The position numbers and the translations under genes were made by a program. A stretch of DNA of 64,000 nucleotides, from IMG/VR virus record IMGVR_UViG_3300023257_000007, positions 124,001 through 188,000 of that record; one strand, given 5' to 3'. Below are positions 1 to 9,365 of this stretch, piece by piece. How positions within the stretch are numbered: position 1 is the first letter of the stretch; the number at the start of each line of letters is the position of its first letter. The notes beneath the pieces are model-generated. The model saw nothing but the letters and a program-made list of their open reading frames with translations. It searched no databases and was not told the DNA's origin.

Positions 1-153
1 TCTAAAATGAAAAAGAAAGATAACCCAGTAGATATATTAGTAACAAATGATCCTGGATCTACAACATCTAAAATGACACTTGCCAATGAATTAGGTGTTG
101 AAATTATGACTTATGAAGATCTTAAAGATTCATTCAATTTAGAGGTAGATTAA
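1..153 (+). CDS. ligA: C-terminal BRCT domain, probably of an NAD-dependent DNA ligase (5'-truncated by the window)
   Basis: Frame +1 reads ...VDILVTNDPGSTTSKMTLANELGVEIMTYEDL...EVD* (TAA 151-153), matching the LigA BRCT pattern 'D.LV.....GS.K...A.ELG..I'. Not in the ORF track. Confidence 0.6.
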   Translation, partial: SKMKKKDNPVDILVTNDPGSTTSKMTLANELGVEIMTYEDLKDSFNLEVD

Positions 154-196
154 AAACTTTTTAACTGTAAGACACTATAATATAAACCAAAAAATT

Positions 197-646
197 TTAA
201 TTGTATTTCGTTCTTCGATTTACTTTTTGAGTTATTTCAAAAAGTAAATCAAGAATATAATTGTCACATTCTTCATTTTTCGTTTCTTCTATTGGAACTG
301 GATTTTCGAAATTTGGATTTTTTTCCGCTCTTTTTTGATCATCTCTAAACCATTGATCTTCATTAATATAATATTCAAATCTCAAACCATTATCTAAAAT
401 AATAATTATCATATCATTTTTACTTTCACTAGAATCAGATGAATTACTAAGTCTAACATCTTTAATTTTACCACCAGGTAAAGTTTGTAAAACTTTCCCA
501 ATATATTCACTAAAATCTAGATCAGATCTATTATTTCTTTGAAATTCTGATTTCCAGTCATCAAATTCATGTCTATCATCTTGATTTAAAGAACCATAAA
601 TATCTTTAAGTTTATTAAAATTCTCGAATTTTTTTAAGTATTTCAT
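197..646 (-). CDS. Hypothetical protein with CTS-like leader (MKYLKKFENF), candidate internal head protein
   Basis: 149-aa ORF with the shared leader; AATATATATAA motif about 30 nt upstream. Confidence 0.7.
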   Translation of the reverse strand: MKYLKKFENFNKLKDIYGSLNQDDRHEFDDWKSEFQRNNRSDLDFSEYIGKVLQTLPGGKIKDVRLSNSSDSSESKNDMIIIILDNGLRFEYYINEDQWFRDDQKRAEKNPNFENPVPIEETKNEECDNYILDLLFEITQKVNRRTKYN

Positions 647-688
647 AATCGTTTTTTTTTTTTGTGGTTATTGATATTATATATATTA

Positions 689-961
689 TTAAGTTGAAAT
701 ATTTTTAGAGAAATTTTTTACAAATGGTATATAAATTTCTCTATAAGGTGACTCATTTTTAATTTGAGGGTGTTTATTAACTAGTTTTTTTAACCTATTT
801 AATTGTTCATCTATATCATCTATTTTAGTAATATCATCTAACATTTCTTCTAAATCTTTTATTTCTAATTTATAAAGACCAAGTTGATCGCTTACTGATT
901 TCCAATCTTTATCATTATTGAATGTATCATTCCATTCGTTGAATTTTCTTAAGTATTTCAT
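689..961 (-). CDS. Hypothetical protein with CTS-like leader (MKYLRKFNEW)
   Basis: 90-aa ORF; upstream region nearly identical to that of 197..646. Confidence 0.7.
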   Translation of the reverse strand: MKYLRKFNEWNDTFNNDKDWKSVSDQLGLYKLEIKDLEEMLDDITKIDDIDEQLNRLKKLVNKHPQIKNESPYREIYIPFVKNFSKNIST

Positions 962-1028
962 AATCTTTTTTTTGGGTTATTGATATTATATATCAACAAA
1001 AAAAAATGGTTTTTAACAAGATTGAAGA

Positions 1029-1433
1029 TTAAAATAATTCTTTTTCTAATTCTTTCATACATTGAATAACACCAAATTTGGTACCTTCCAATATAAAATC
1101 ATATAAAGAAAATATATTATTACTCTTTGGTGAATCATCAAACCAATTATTATCATTACAAATATCATCAACATCACTTTGATATTTCAAATAAAAATTA
1201 AAAATATCTCCATTCTCAACAAAATCTTGTAATTTACCTGGTTCTGGGTCATTAATGTAATCTCTGATAAAATTTTGAACATTAACCAATTCAGTTGTAT
1301 TATCAACTGAATTATCTAATAAATCTAATACTCCTCTCTTTAAAGAAATATATTGTTCGGTTAGTTTATCTTTAAGAGTATCTTCAAGATTCTCTTTTAT
1401 CATTTTTGAATATTCTTCTGTAAATTTTTTCAT
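1029..1433 (-). CDS. Hypothetical protein (weak leader MKKFTEEYSKMIKE)
   Basis: 134-aa ORF; TATATA lies 5 nt before the ATG. Confidence 0.7.
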   Translation of the reverse strand: MKKFTEEYSKMIKENLEDTLKDKLTEQYISLKRGVLDLLDNSVDNTTELVNVQNFIRDYINDPEPGKLQDFVENGDIFNFYLKYQSDVDDICNDNNWFDDSPKSNNIFSLYDFILEGTKFGVIQCMKELEKELF

Positions 1434-1456
1434 AAGACTATATATTATTATATTTT

Positions 1457-2401
1457 TTAAAAATCTGATGCATTTAATAATGTGTATTGATAAATACCAC
1501 CTTCCAATTTAGTTCGATATTTTTCACATAAAGACATAAATCTTTGAAAATCAGACCAATAATGTATTACTTGACAACCTGCAGACCATGATTTAACACC
1601 ACTCCCTGGTGATGATTTTTCGGTACCTACCTTAGTAGAATGTATATTAATACCTCCACCTTCACTACTATTAATATTATAATGAAAAGTTCCGTTTTTT
1701 GTAGGATCTCTATGAACTGGTAAATTATAAGTAGGGTTCAACGCTCTATATCTAGCAGAATTAGTTTGTTTATGATATCCAAGTTTATATGTAAATTGTC
1801 CCTCTTTTAAAATTGAACAACCTTTAGAATTTAATAATTTTTTAAGGTAATAAACTCCAGGTTTTGTAGTACATTCAAATTCTTCAACAATATCATCATA
1901 TACAACTAGCATAGTATCATTCCAATTATTCGGTTTATCAGCGTTTCTAACTCCTATTAATTGAAAAGGTTCAATCCATTTGTATTTTTTTAGTTTAAAA
2001 ATTCGTTTAAGTTGACTAACCGTAATATTTGAAGGTTTTGGTGTTGTGTTTGCTGGATTAGAACTACCATTATTTGAAGTTGATATATTTGTTTGACCAC
2101 CTTGACCTATTGATGAATCTAATTGTTTAGTAGGTGTATAAGTTCCCCATTCAGGGTTATTATATATAACATCTGATTCTCCAAAAGTATCTCCATCTAC
2201 ATACGGATCATAACTATCATCATCGGCATTAATATTACTAGAATATTGATTCATTTCAGAATAAGTAAACTCATTTGCGTCACCATATGAACCAGAATCT
2301 TCAAAATCATCAACACCACTATAAGGATCATATTCTTCTTTTATCACAGTCTCCTGTTTTTGTGTTATTGGCTTTGTTTCATCATATTTAGGTATAGCCA
2401 T
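1457..2401 (-). CDS. Putative YkuD/L,D-transpeptidase-fold cell-wall enzyme, tail-associated lysin candidate
   Basis: Acidic, low-complexity N-terminus; C-domain has INIH-x18-SAGCQV, a His...Cys pair like the YkuD HxnSxGC motif. Start overlaps the stop of the gp5-like gene (TAATG). Confidence 0.55.
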   Translation of the reverse strand: MAIPKYDETKPITQKQETVIKEEYDPYSGVDDFEDSGSYGDANEFTYSEMNQYSSNINADDDSYDPYVDGDTFGESDVIYNNPEWGTYTPTKQLDSSIGQGGQTNISTSNNGSSNPANTTPKPSNITVSQLKRIFKLKKYKWIEPFQLIGVRNADKPNNWNDTMLVVYDDIVEEFECTTKPGVYYLKKLLNSKGCSILKEGQFTYKLGYHKQTNSARYRALNPTYNLPVHRDPTKNGTFHYNINSSEGGGINIHSTKVGTEKSSPGSGVKSWSAGCQVIHYWSDFQRFMSLCEKYRTKLEGGIYQYTLLNASDF

Positions 2402-3564
2402 TATTTATATCTTATAAATTTTTTAGTTTTCTTATCAAAAATTGCAATTTTTCCATCTTCTGTTTCTCTATATATAATATCCTTTTTAGTACCAGAAGTT
2501 GGTATCGTTTTTATTATTTTAGGTTCTAAACCACTTGATTTTTTAACATTTAATTTCTTAAAATCTTTATATTGTGCGTATTCAGATTCATCTGTTTCAA
2601 TTGTCTCACCATCAACAACTTTAATATATGTTATATATTCAGTTCCGTCTTCGTTTTGACTAACAAAAGGAGCGTCATCTATAATAAATTTTGATGGTTG
2701 TGATTCTACTTCTTTATCTACAGCCTTTTCTCTTTCTTCATTAACTTTTTCTTTAAAATCTTTTGAAACATATTCAGATTTTAAAAGTTTTTTAGGTTTT
2801 GGTTCATTAAATTTATCAGTTAAATCAATTGTAAGATCATCATCATCTTTAATAACAGACGTTTCAGGTGATCTTTTCAATTTCTTAATTTTATTATCAT
2901 CATTCAAGAAAACATTATCAGAAACAAAAGTTTCTCTGATTACTTTATATTCCATTAACAACATATCTAACTCTGGTCTAATAATAGGGGCCGCTAAATT
3001 TCCTGTTAATGTTGTAGGAACCAATAATTTATTGATAAATTTATCCATCCACGCAAAAAAATTAGTTCCTAAAACAGCTTCTTGATCTGCAGTTTTATCA
3101 CCTAAATTTATTTTCTGTGAATTATCTTTTAATTCAATATTAATAGAATTATTATCTATTCTAATTTTATTATATTTATGATCTATTATAAATTCATCAC
3201 CATTTGTATATACCTGAGAAGTTTCATCAAATAATAAAGCCACAAAATTCAAATAATCATCTTCACTTAAACTCTTTAATTTTCTTTCAAGATTTATATT
3301 GTAATTCTCACTATAAATATAATGAGGATCATATATATCATCATTTAGAAAAATAACATTCACTATTTTACCAATAGCAGGAACCTCAAAAGATTTTCCA
3401 GCTAACCCCCTATATGGGGAAGAATATGGCAAATCTTCCATTGGTATAGTATCAAAAACACCTTGTACCCTAACTTTAAGTCTACCTTTTCTATTAGGAT
3501 CTTTATTATCTTCTACAATACCTACAAATATTTTATCTCTAATATCAACATTAATTTGTTGCAT
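2401..3564 (-). CDS. Baseplate hub/spike protein with gp5-like N-terminal OB domain
   Basis: GIVEDNKDPNRKGRLKVRVQGVF...FEVPAIGKIVNVIF is the Gp5/VgrG OB-fold signature; no lysozyme domain follows. Confidence 0.8.
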   Translation of the reverse strand: MQQINVDIRDKIFVGIVEDNKDPNRKGRLKVRVQGVFDTIPMEDLPYSSPYRGLAGKSFEVPAIGKIVNVIFLNDDIYDPHYIYSENYNINLERKLKSLSEDDYLNFVALLFDETSQVYTNGDEFIIDHKYNKIRIDNNSINIELKDNSQKINLGDKTADQEAVLGTNFFAWMDKFINKLLVPTTLTGNLAAPIIRPELDMLLMEYKVIRETFVSDNVFLNDDNKIKKLKRSPETSVIKDDDDLTIDLTDKFNEPKPKKLLKSEYVSKDFKEKVNEEREKAVDKEVESQPSKFIIDDAPFVSQNEDGTEYITYIKVVDGETIETDESEYAQYKDFKKLNVKKSSGLEPKIIKTIPTSGTKKDIIYRETEDGKIAIFDKKTKKFIRYK

Positions 3565-3579
3565 ATAATTCTTTTAATT

Positions 3580-5220
3580 TTATAAAATTCCAGAAAGACC
3601 AAGAAGATCGATTGTTTCACCTACAGTTGGAACAACATCTAAAAATTCATCTTCTATGTCTCCACTTAAATCTCCAATTAAATCTCCAATAACATTTTGT
3701 AGTGTTAGATCATAATAATCTTCAGCATAAACATTATTAGGATAAATTTCTGGAATACCAGTAACATCTCTAACTTGATAGACAACTTCTCTTAATAAAT
3801 CTCCCCTGAAACCTCTCAATTTATTCATAACATCACCTTTAAAATCTTGAACATTTTCATTCAATGTATTACTCAATGTTTCTAAAAATGTTGGTTGATT
3901 ATTAACAACATCTTCCCATTCAGTAGGTGCAGCATTTATAATCCAAGATTCAGTTCTATCCTTAGTACTAAATGACTTATTAACTTTTCTTTCAACTGCT
4001 TCTTTTCTAATTTGTTCAACAGATTTCTTATATCTACTAAATTCAAAGTCAGTTGAAGCCATAGATGAATCCGTCATATTTCTTATTCTATCACCCGATC
4101 GTATACGCTTACTGTAAAGTATATCCTGTGTAATCATCAATGGATTAAATAATCTTTCAACAGATTTATAATAAATATCAAATTTTAAATTCGCAGATGT
4201 AGTATTTAAAGTTGAATCAAACCCAGCCATTGATAAATCAGAACCATGTATTTGTGATTTCTCAAAATCAAAATTACAATCACGTAATATATAATATTGT
4301 GATGAAACTTCTGGATTTATTTCATAAGAACCAGTAGAATCATTCCATTTTTTAAAACTTCTAAGATCTGTTATTCTGATTACCATGTCAAATCTTAATA
4401 AATTTTCAGGAAACATATACTTTTGTAATCTATAATCATAATTTAAATTATTATATAATTCAGCTAAATATAAAGCAATCATTGTAACATCTTCATTTAA
4501 ATCAAATGTTATTTTATCTTCTTTATATTTTACAATCTTTGCATTTAACTTATCTAAACCATTAATATTCTTAATATAATAAGGTCTATTTCTATCTCTC
4601 TTTTTATTTAAAAATACATCTCCTTCTAAATTAAATAATTGACCAAGTGTTGCAATAAATTTATTATATAATATTTCTCTAACCTTAACATCTGGTATTT
4701 CAGAATATTGTGTAATAAAAGATTTTAACGATTTAGCATCTAATAAACTTGATTTTTGTGATATAAACAAATCAAAACCTAAAAATGTAGGATCTTCGTA
4801 CTTTAAAAAATCAAAATTTTTCGAAAAATCAGATAAACCATATTTAAATGTGTCTTCATCATAATTAAACATAGACTGAGTTCTTCTTGGACCATCATCA
4901 GGTATTAAAGGATTATAAACATTACCTATATTTATATTACCAGTATTGCTAGTATTTAATGAATCAGAATTAGTAGAATTAGGATTATTACCAGCATCAG
5001 TGTTTGAATTTGGGTTTGATGTAGAATTTAATTCTTTTTCAGTCCACGCAGCACCCTCATTTTTTCTAACATCAATTTCCTCAGCTAATTTTTTAGCCGC
5101 ATTAGATGACATATCTTTAGATTCTTTTAATAATGTAGAATCTTTTAATGATTTAACACTAGCTAAATCTTCTGCTACTTTTGTAGGATCTATTTTTGAA
5201 ATTTCATCTAAATAACCCAT
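3580..5220 (-). CDS. Putative baseplate/tail structural protein
   Basis: 546-aa ORF inside the baseplate operon, with beta-rich central segments (EDPTFLGFDLF, LKFDIYYKSV). Confidence 0.45.
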   Translation of the reverse strand: MGYLDEISKIDPTKVAEDLASVKSLKDSTLLKESKDMSSNAAKKLAEEIDVRKNEGAAWTEKELNSTSNPNSNTDAGNNPNSTNSDSLNTSNTGNINIGNVYNPLIPDDGPRRTQSMFNYDEDTFKYGLSDFSKNFDFLKYEDPTFLGFDLFISQKSSLLDAKSLKSFITQYSEIPDVKVREILYNKFIATLGQLFNLEGDVFLNKKRDRNRPYYIKNINGLDKLNAKIVKYKEDKITFDLNEDVTMIALYLAELYNNLNYDYRLQKYMFPENLLRFDMVIRITDLRSFKKWNDSTGSYEINPEVSSQYYILRDCNFDFEKSQIHGSDLSMAGFDSTLNTTSANLKFDIYYKSVERLFNPLMITQDILYSKRIRSGDRIRNMTDSSMASTDFEFSRYKKSVEQIRKEAVERKVNKSFSTKDRTESWIINAAPTEWEDVVNNQPTFLETLSNTLNENVQDFKGDVMNKLRGFRGDLLREVVYQVRDVTGIPEIYPNNVYAEDYYDLTLQNVIGDLIGDLSGDIEDEFLDVVPTVGETIDLLGLSGIL

Positions 5221-5228
5221 ATCTTATT

Positions 5229-6596
5229 CTATTTTTTTGAAGTGTTTGGAGTATACTCCTCATTTAAACTTCTCTTTGCTAATGTTATTTCTTGAACATT
5301 ACCATCTTTCTTTGAAAATGTGTAACTAATGCCAATTATTATCCATTCCCCTGACAATCTTTTATTAATTTTTGCATCATCAACTTTAGGATTTTTTTCA
5401 GTTGTTACAGCATCTTGATTAAAACCAACATCATCTAATTGTCCTAATGAATATAACTCAAGTAAAACTTTTTGAAATCTATTTAAACTAAAATTAGGTC
5501 TAGTTAATGTTATTAACATATTAGTTTTTTGTAACATTAACATATTATAACTATTCTGTTGATCTGCAAATAAATAATTTTCATGCATATTATCAATATC
5601 CAATTTCCCTAAATATCTACCAGATACAGGTGATAATTGTGAATATTTATCTTTATCATTCTCTTTAATAACTTTTAAATGAAAAAATTTATAACTATTT
5701 TTTAATTTATCATACCATCTAATATACCTTGAATAACCCTCTTTTAAATGAAAAGATGTTTTCTCATCTAACAAATTAAATTTATCAATATAAGTATTAG
5801 TATCATTATAATCTGGATGATTTGTTAATTTTAATTTTGTTATATTATCTTCTTCTTTAGTAGATGATGTTGTATAAGCAGACTCATTACCAACATTTTG
5901 AACTGTTGATATATCGGCTTTTAATTCTATTTCAACATTAACAAAACAAAAATTATAATAAAAATCAATATAACTAGATAAAAAACTCGAATCATTTTTA
6001 AAAGATTTAATTGTTATTTCTTTCATATAATACATTGTATAATCTGCTGGATTTAACCATGTCATTTCATCTTGAGTACCATCTATATTTGTTGCAAATC
6101 CTAATTGTGATTCTTCAGATATTTTTTTTAATATAGAATAACTAGTACCTTTATCAGATCTAAATTCTGTATTATATAAAGTATCTACATTTAATTCACC
6201 TTCTAAATAATATATTAATTTTTGATTTTCTTTTCCAACTGGTTTAGTTGGATTAAAAACTGTTATCTTAAAATCCATTCTAACTGGCATAGAAGATTCA
6301 TTTTGTGCTCTTATAAAAATACTAATTAAATCATTATCAAGTGGATAAATATCACCAAATAATTTATTACTTTTATCATTAAACTTCATTTCTAATTTAG
6401 GTAAAAAATCGTCATTTGTTAATGTTAAATATAATATGTCATCCGATTCTATACTTAATCCTTTATAATATACCAATGGATATTTACCAACATTATCACC
6501 ATAATAATCTTTTTCACTATCCTTTGCATCAGTTCTATAATCATATTCAATATCAACTAATTGTAATTTACTTCTATTTATAATTTCTAATGACAT
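5229..6596 (-). CDS. Baseplate hub protein (gp27/phage late control D-like)
   Basis: C-terminal LSGEWIIIGISYTFS...QEITLAKR is typical of gp27/GpD hubs; lies between gp53-like and gp5-like genes. Confidence 0.6.
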   Translation of the reverse strand: MSLEIINRSKLQLVDIEYDYRTDAKDSEKDYYGDNVGKYPLVYYKGLSIESDDILYLTLTNDDFLPKLEMKFNDKSNKLFGDIYPLDNDLISIFIRAQNESSMPVRMDFKITVFNPTKPVGKENQKLIYYLEGELNVDTLYNTEFRSDKGTSYSILKKISEESQLGFATNIDGTQDEMTWLNPADYTMYYMKEITIKSFKNDSSFLSSYIDFYYNFCFVNVEIELKADISTVQNVGNESAYTTSSTKEEDNITKLKLTNHPDYNDTNTYIDKFNLLDEKTSFHLKEGYSRYIRWYDKLKNSYKFFHLKVIKENDKDKYSQLSPVSGRYLGKLDIDNMHENYLFADQQNSYNMLMLQKTNMLITLTRPNFSLNRFQKVLLELYSLGQLDDVGFNQDAVTTEKNPKVDDAKINKRLSGEWIIIGISYTFSKKDGNVQEITLAKRSLNEEYTPNTSKK

Positions 6597-6597
6597 A

Positions 6598-7044
6598 TTA
6601 TTCTAATTTGTTTGTTATTCTAATTCTACCCGCTTTCTTATCATTTGTAACCTGACTTAATCCTTTAGGTTTCATAGTTGGAGATAACTTAGGAGTACCG
6701 TCTGGTTTCTTTTCTTGAAATTTTGTCAATTTATCAAAAGCAGAATCATCATCTTTTCCACCATGTAATATCATAAGATTTTCAGGAGAAAAATATAAGA
6801 TTTCATCACCTTCTTTAATATTCCATGGATTATAAATATTATTAACAACCATTAATTCTTCAATAAAATCCGTGTGAGTATATAAATAATCACATATTAA
6901 ATCGAGTCTCATTTCATGTTCAGGCAATACAACATAAACATAAAAATTCTGTTCTATATCATAAATAACAGTTGTTCCGAAAATATCATATAAACCATTA
7001 CTTGTTCTTTTAAAACCATCTAAATCATCTAAAGAATATAACAT
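6598..7044 (-). CDS. Baseplate wedge protein, gp53/LysM-like
   Basis: HEMRLDLICDYLY...ELMVVNNIYNPWNIKEGDEILY matches the gp53 'R.D.IS...YG....W.I...N.I.NP' pattern. Confidence 0.7.
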   Translation of the reverse strand: MLYSLDDLDGFKRTSNGLYDIFGTTVIYDIEQNFYVYVVLPEHEMRLDLICDYLYTHTDFIEELMVVNNIYNPWNIKEGDEILYFSPENLMILHGGKDDDSAFDKLTKFQEKKPDGTPKLSPTMKPKGLSQVTNDKKAGRIRITNKLE

Positions 7045-7073
7045 ATTAAAATTTAATTTTTAAACATCACCAT

Positions 7074-8711
7074 CTATGGTAAATACTTTTTAGTAAATTC
7101 ATCAGTTTTTTGAGGATTTGTATTAAAATCCACTTGCCATGTTTCTGAACCCGATTCACCACCTGCAGCAACATTTGAAGGGTTAGTAACATCACCAACA
7201 ATAGAACCAACCTTATAAATTCTCTTATATCCATTATTAAAATATGTCATTATTTCCTGTGCACCCATATTTCTACCCAATCTACAATCTATTTTAACAC
7301 CAATATTAATTGGAGAATCATTAAAAGATAATTGGTTTGCAAAATCAATATTAACTTTATCAACAACTATATTGTTAATTGATAATATAGGCATATATGG
7401 ATTACCAACTGTTATATGCCATGGTGTTGAAGGTAAACCTGTCATAACAGATACAGACCCTCTTAAAGGCCATTTATATTTATTTAATGTACTTGCTAAT
7501 AAACTACCAAGAAGACCATTTGCATTAATACTATCAACCCTTTTTACTGCATCCAGACCACTTTTCTTCACTTGAATTAACACATCATCAGATGTTAAAC
7601 CTACTTCATCATTTTTTTCTTCTGTGATAGTACCAGTTACTGAACCAATCACCTCTTTAACTATTTTAATAATAGCTAATACAAAAGCTCTTACCAATGT
7701 TTTAATAAACCCTAACCATGCATCAACAGAACCACTATTTGTAGCAGCTAATAATTTTTTTATAACAGAACTATTAGAATTAGATAAAACATATCTAACA
7801 TCTGATGTACCCATTTTTAATAAATTATCAATTATATCATTCATTGCAATACCTGGATCAATATTATTAATATATTTTTGTTCATAAGATGTTTCTAAAG
7901 AAATATCTAAATTAGATACTAAACCAAATGAATTTGCATCACGAGTAGCACCTTCTTGTAAAACGTTAGGATTACCAAAAGGTATTTCTTGAGAATCAAA
8001 TCCACCAGATGATTTTCCACCTTCTTCTTTATTTCTTTCTGTCATACCCATAGCCTTTAAAAACCCAAACAATAAACCTTGTGACCAACCAGGTATAGGT
8101 ATAGATTTACCAGCATCAAAATCAAATTCATTTGATAATACTTCACCTAATATTTCATGTACCATTTTTGTTTCTGTTATCCATTTCTCATTAAAAGATA
8201 AATTAAATAACTTTTCATCACCATCTTTAACCCATCCAATAACAGTAGATATAGGTTTTTTGGCATTTTCGGACATTTTCGGCCAATTATTTAAATTAGT
8301 AGGAACAATAGTACCTTCTCTATACCTTCTCAAAATTACTAATCTATTTATAGGATAAACACCTAAATCTTTTAAATATACAAAATCGGCTGCTTTTAAT
8401 TTCATAGCATTATTGTCTTTGAAATATTCAATTAATTTTAGATACGGGTTAGCACCTGTATTAGGTTTACTGAAAGAATTAATATTTATCCTATTTGAGA
8501 TAGCTTTTGTACCAGCCAATTTAGCACTAGTGCCTTTAGTTGGTTTATATACATTAACTCTCTCACCACTATCAGATTTTTTATATAAATCACCTGAAAC
8601 CCAGCCTGATCCCGGGTTATCATATATACTACCTTTATTATCCTTATTATTAAATTGGGATGGATCTAATGAAAATAAAAACTTTAATTCTGTTCCATGA
8701 CTTCTAAACAT
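7074..8711 (-). CDS. Putative baseplate/tail-tube cap protein (gp48/gp54-like)
   Basis: First gene of the baseplate operon; tube-fold-like C-terminus (PWHITVGNP...IVVDKVNIDF...PINIGVKIDCR); late-type promoter upstream. Confidence 0.4.
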   Translation of the reverse strand: MFRSHGTELKFLFSLDPSQFNNKDNKGSIYDNPGSGWVSGDLYKKSDSGERVNVYKPTKGTSAKLAGTKAISNRININSFSKPNTGANPYLKLIEYFKDNNAMKLKAADFVYLKDLGVYPINRLVILRRYREGTIVPTNLNNWPKMSENAKKPISTVIGWVKDGDEKLFNLSFNEKWITETKMVHEILGEVLSNEFDFDAGKSIPIPGWSQGLLFGFLKAMGMTERNKEEGGKSSGGFDSQEIPFGNPNVLQEGATRDANSFGLVSNLDISLETSYEQKYINNIDPGIAMNDIIDNLLKMGTSDVRYVLSNSNSSVIKKLLAATNSGSVDAWLGFIKTLVRAFVLAIIKIVKEVIGSVTGTITEEKNDEVGLTSDDVLIQVKKSGLDAVKRVDSINANGLLGSLLASTLNKYKWPLRGSVSVMTGLPSTPWHITVGNPYMPILSINNIVVDKVNIDFANQLSFNDSPINIGVKIDCRLGRNMGAQEIMTYFNNGYKRIYKVGSIVGDVTNPSNVAAGGESGSETWQVDFNTNPQKTDEFTKKYLP

Positions 8712-8730
8712 TATTTGATATAAATTTTAA

Positions 8731-8742
8731 TTATATATTAAA
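8731..8742 (-). promoter_or_regulatory. Candidate late promoter TTTAATATATAA for the baseplate operon
   Basis: The same TT[AT][AT]TATATA motif precedes most structural and leader-bearing genes (for example near 21250, 24082, 25502, 31388, 33297, 39418, 51195, 55680, 56553, 60835). Confidence 0.6.
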
Positions 8743-8771
8743 ATAATTAAACTGAAACAAAAAGAAAAAAA

Positions 8772-9185
8772 TTAATAATCTCTTATAATCTGTGAAGTAT
8801 CAAAATTATGAAGCTCACCTAAGATTTCTTCCTGTGTTTCAGAATCATCTTGAAAATCTTCATATAAATATAAAGATCCAAACTCAACTGGGAACTCAAA
8901 AATGTTCTTTATCTTAAATAAATCTGCAATATTTAATTCGGGATTTTCAAAATTTGGAATGTAATATATATCTTTTTTCTTTCTTAAAGAATGAACAATT
9001 TTAGTGTATACCAATAAATTGAAGTAATCTCTATATTTTTTAATAGTAAAATCAGGGCCTTCTTCATCTTTTAACTGATCTATTTGTTGTTTTATATCTA
9101 TAATAACTTTGTTCCTAATTCGATTTACTTTCACGTATTTATCAAATTTCTTTCTGTTCTTGCAAAATACTATATAAAATTTCAT
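8772..9185 (-). CDS. Hypothetical protein
   Basis: 137-aa ORF with a TATATA motif upstream. Confidence 0.65.
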   Translation of the reverse strand: MKFYIVFCKNRKKFDKYVKVNRIRNKVIIDIKQQIDQLKDEEGPDFTIKKYRDYFNLLVYTKIVHSLRKKKDIYYIPNFENPELNIADLFKIKNIFEFPVEFGSLYLYEDFQDDSETQEEILGELHNFDTSQIIRDY

Positions 9186-9365
9186 TTAAACATCAATCAT
9201 TTTTAGTTATATATAAGACACCCCAGGTCCAAAATTAACCAAAGTTCATGACAAAAAATGTCATTAATTAAAATTAAAAATTTCACCAACTTTTTCACAA
9301 CTTCAAAATACAAACTTGACAATCTGTGAAATATAATCTTTCACACAAAAATTAATTCATTATGA

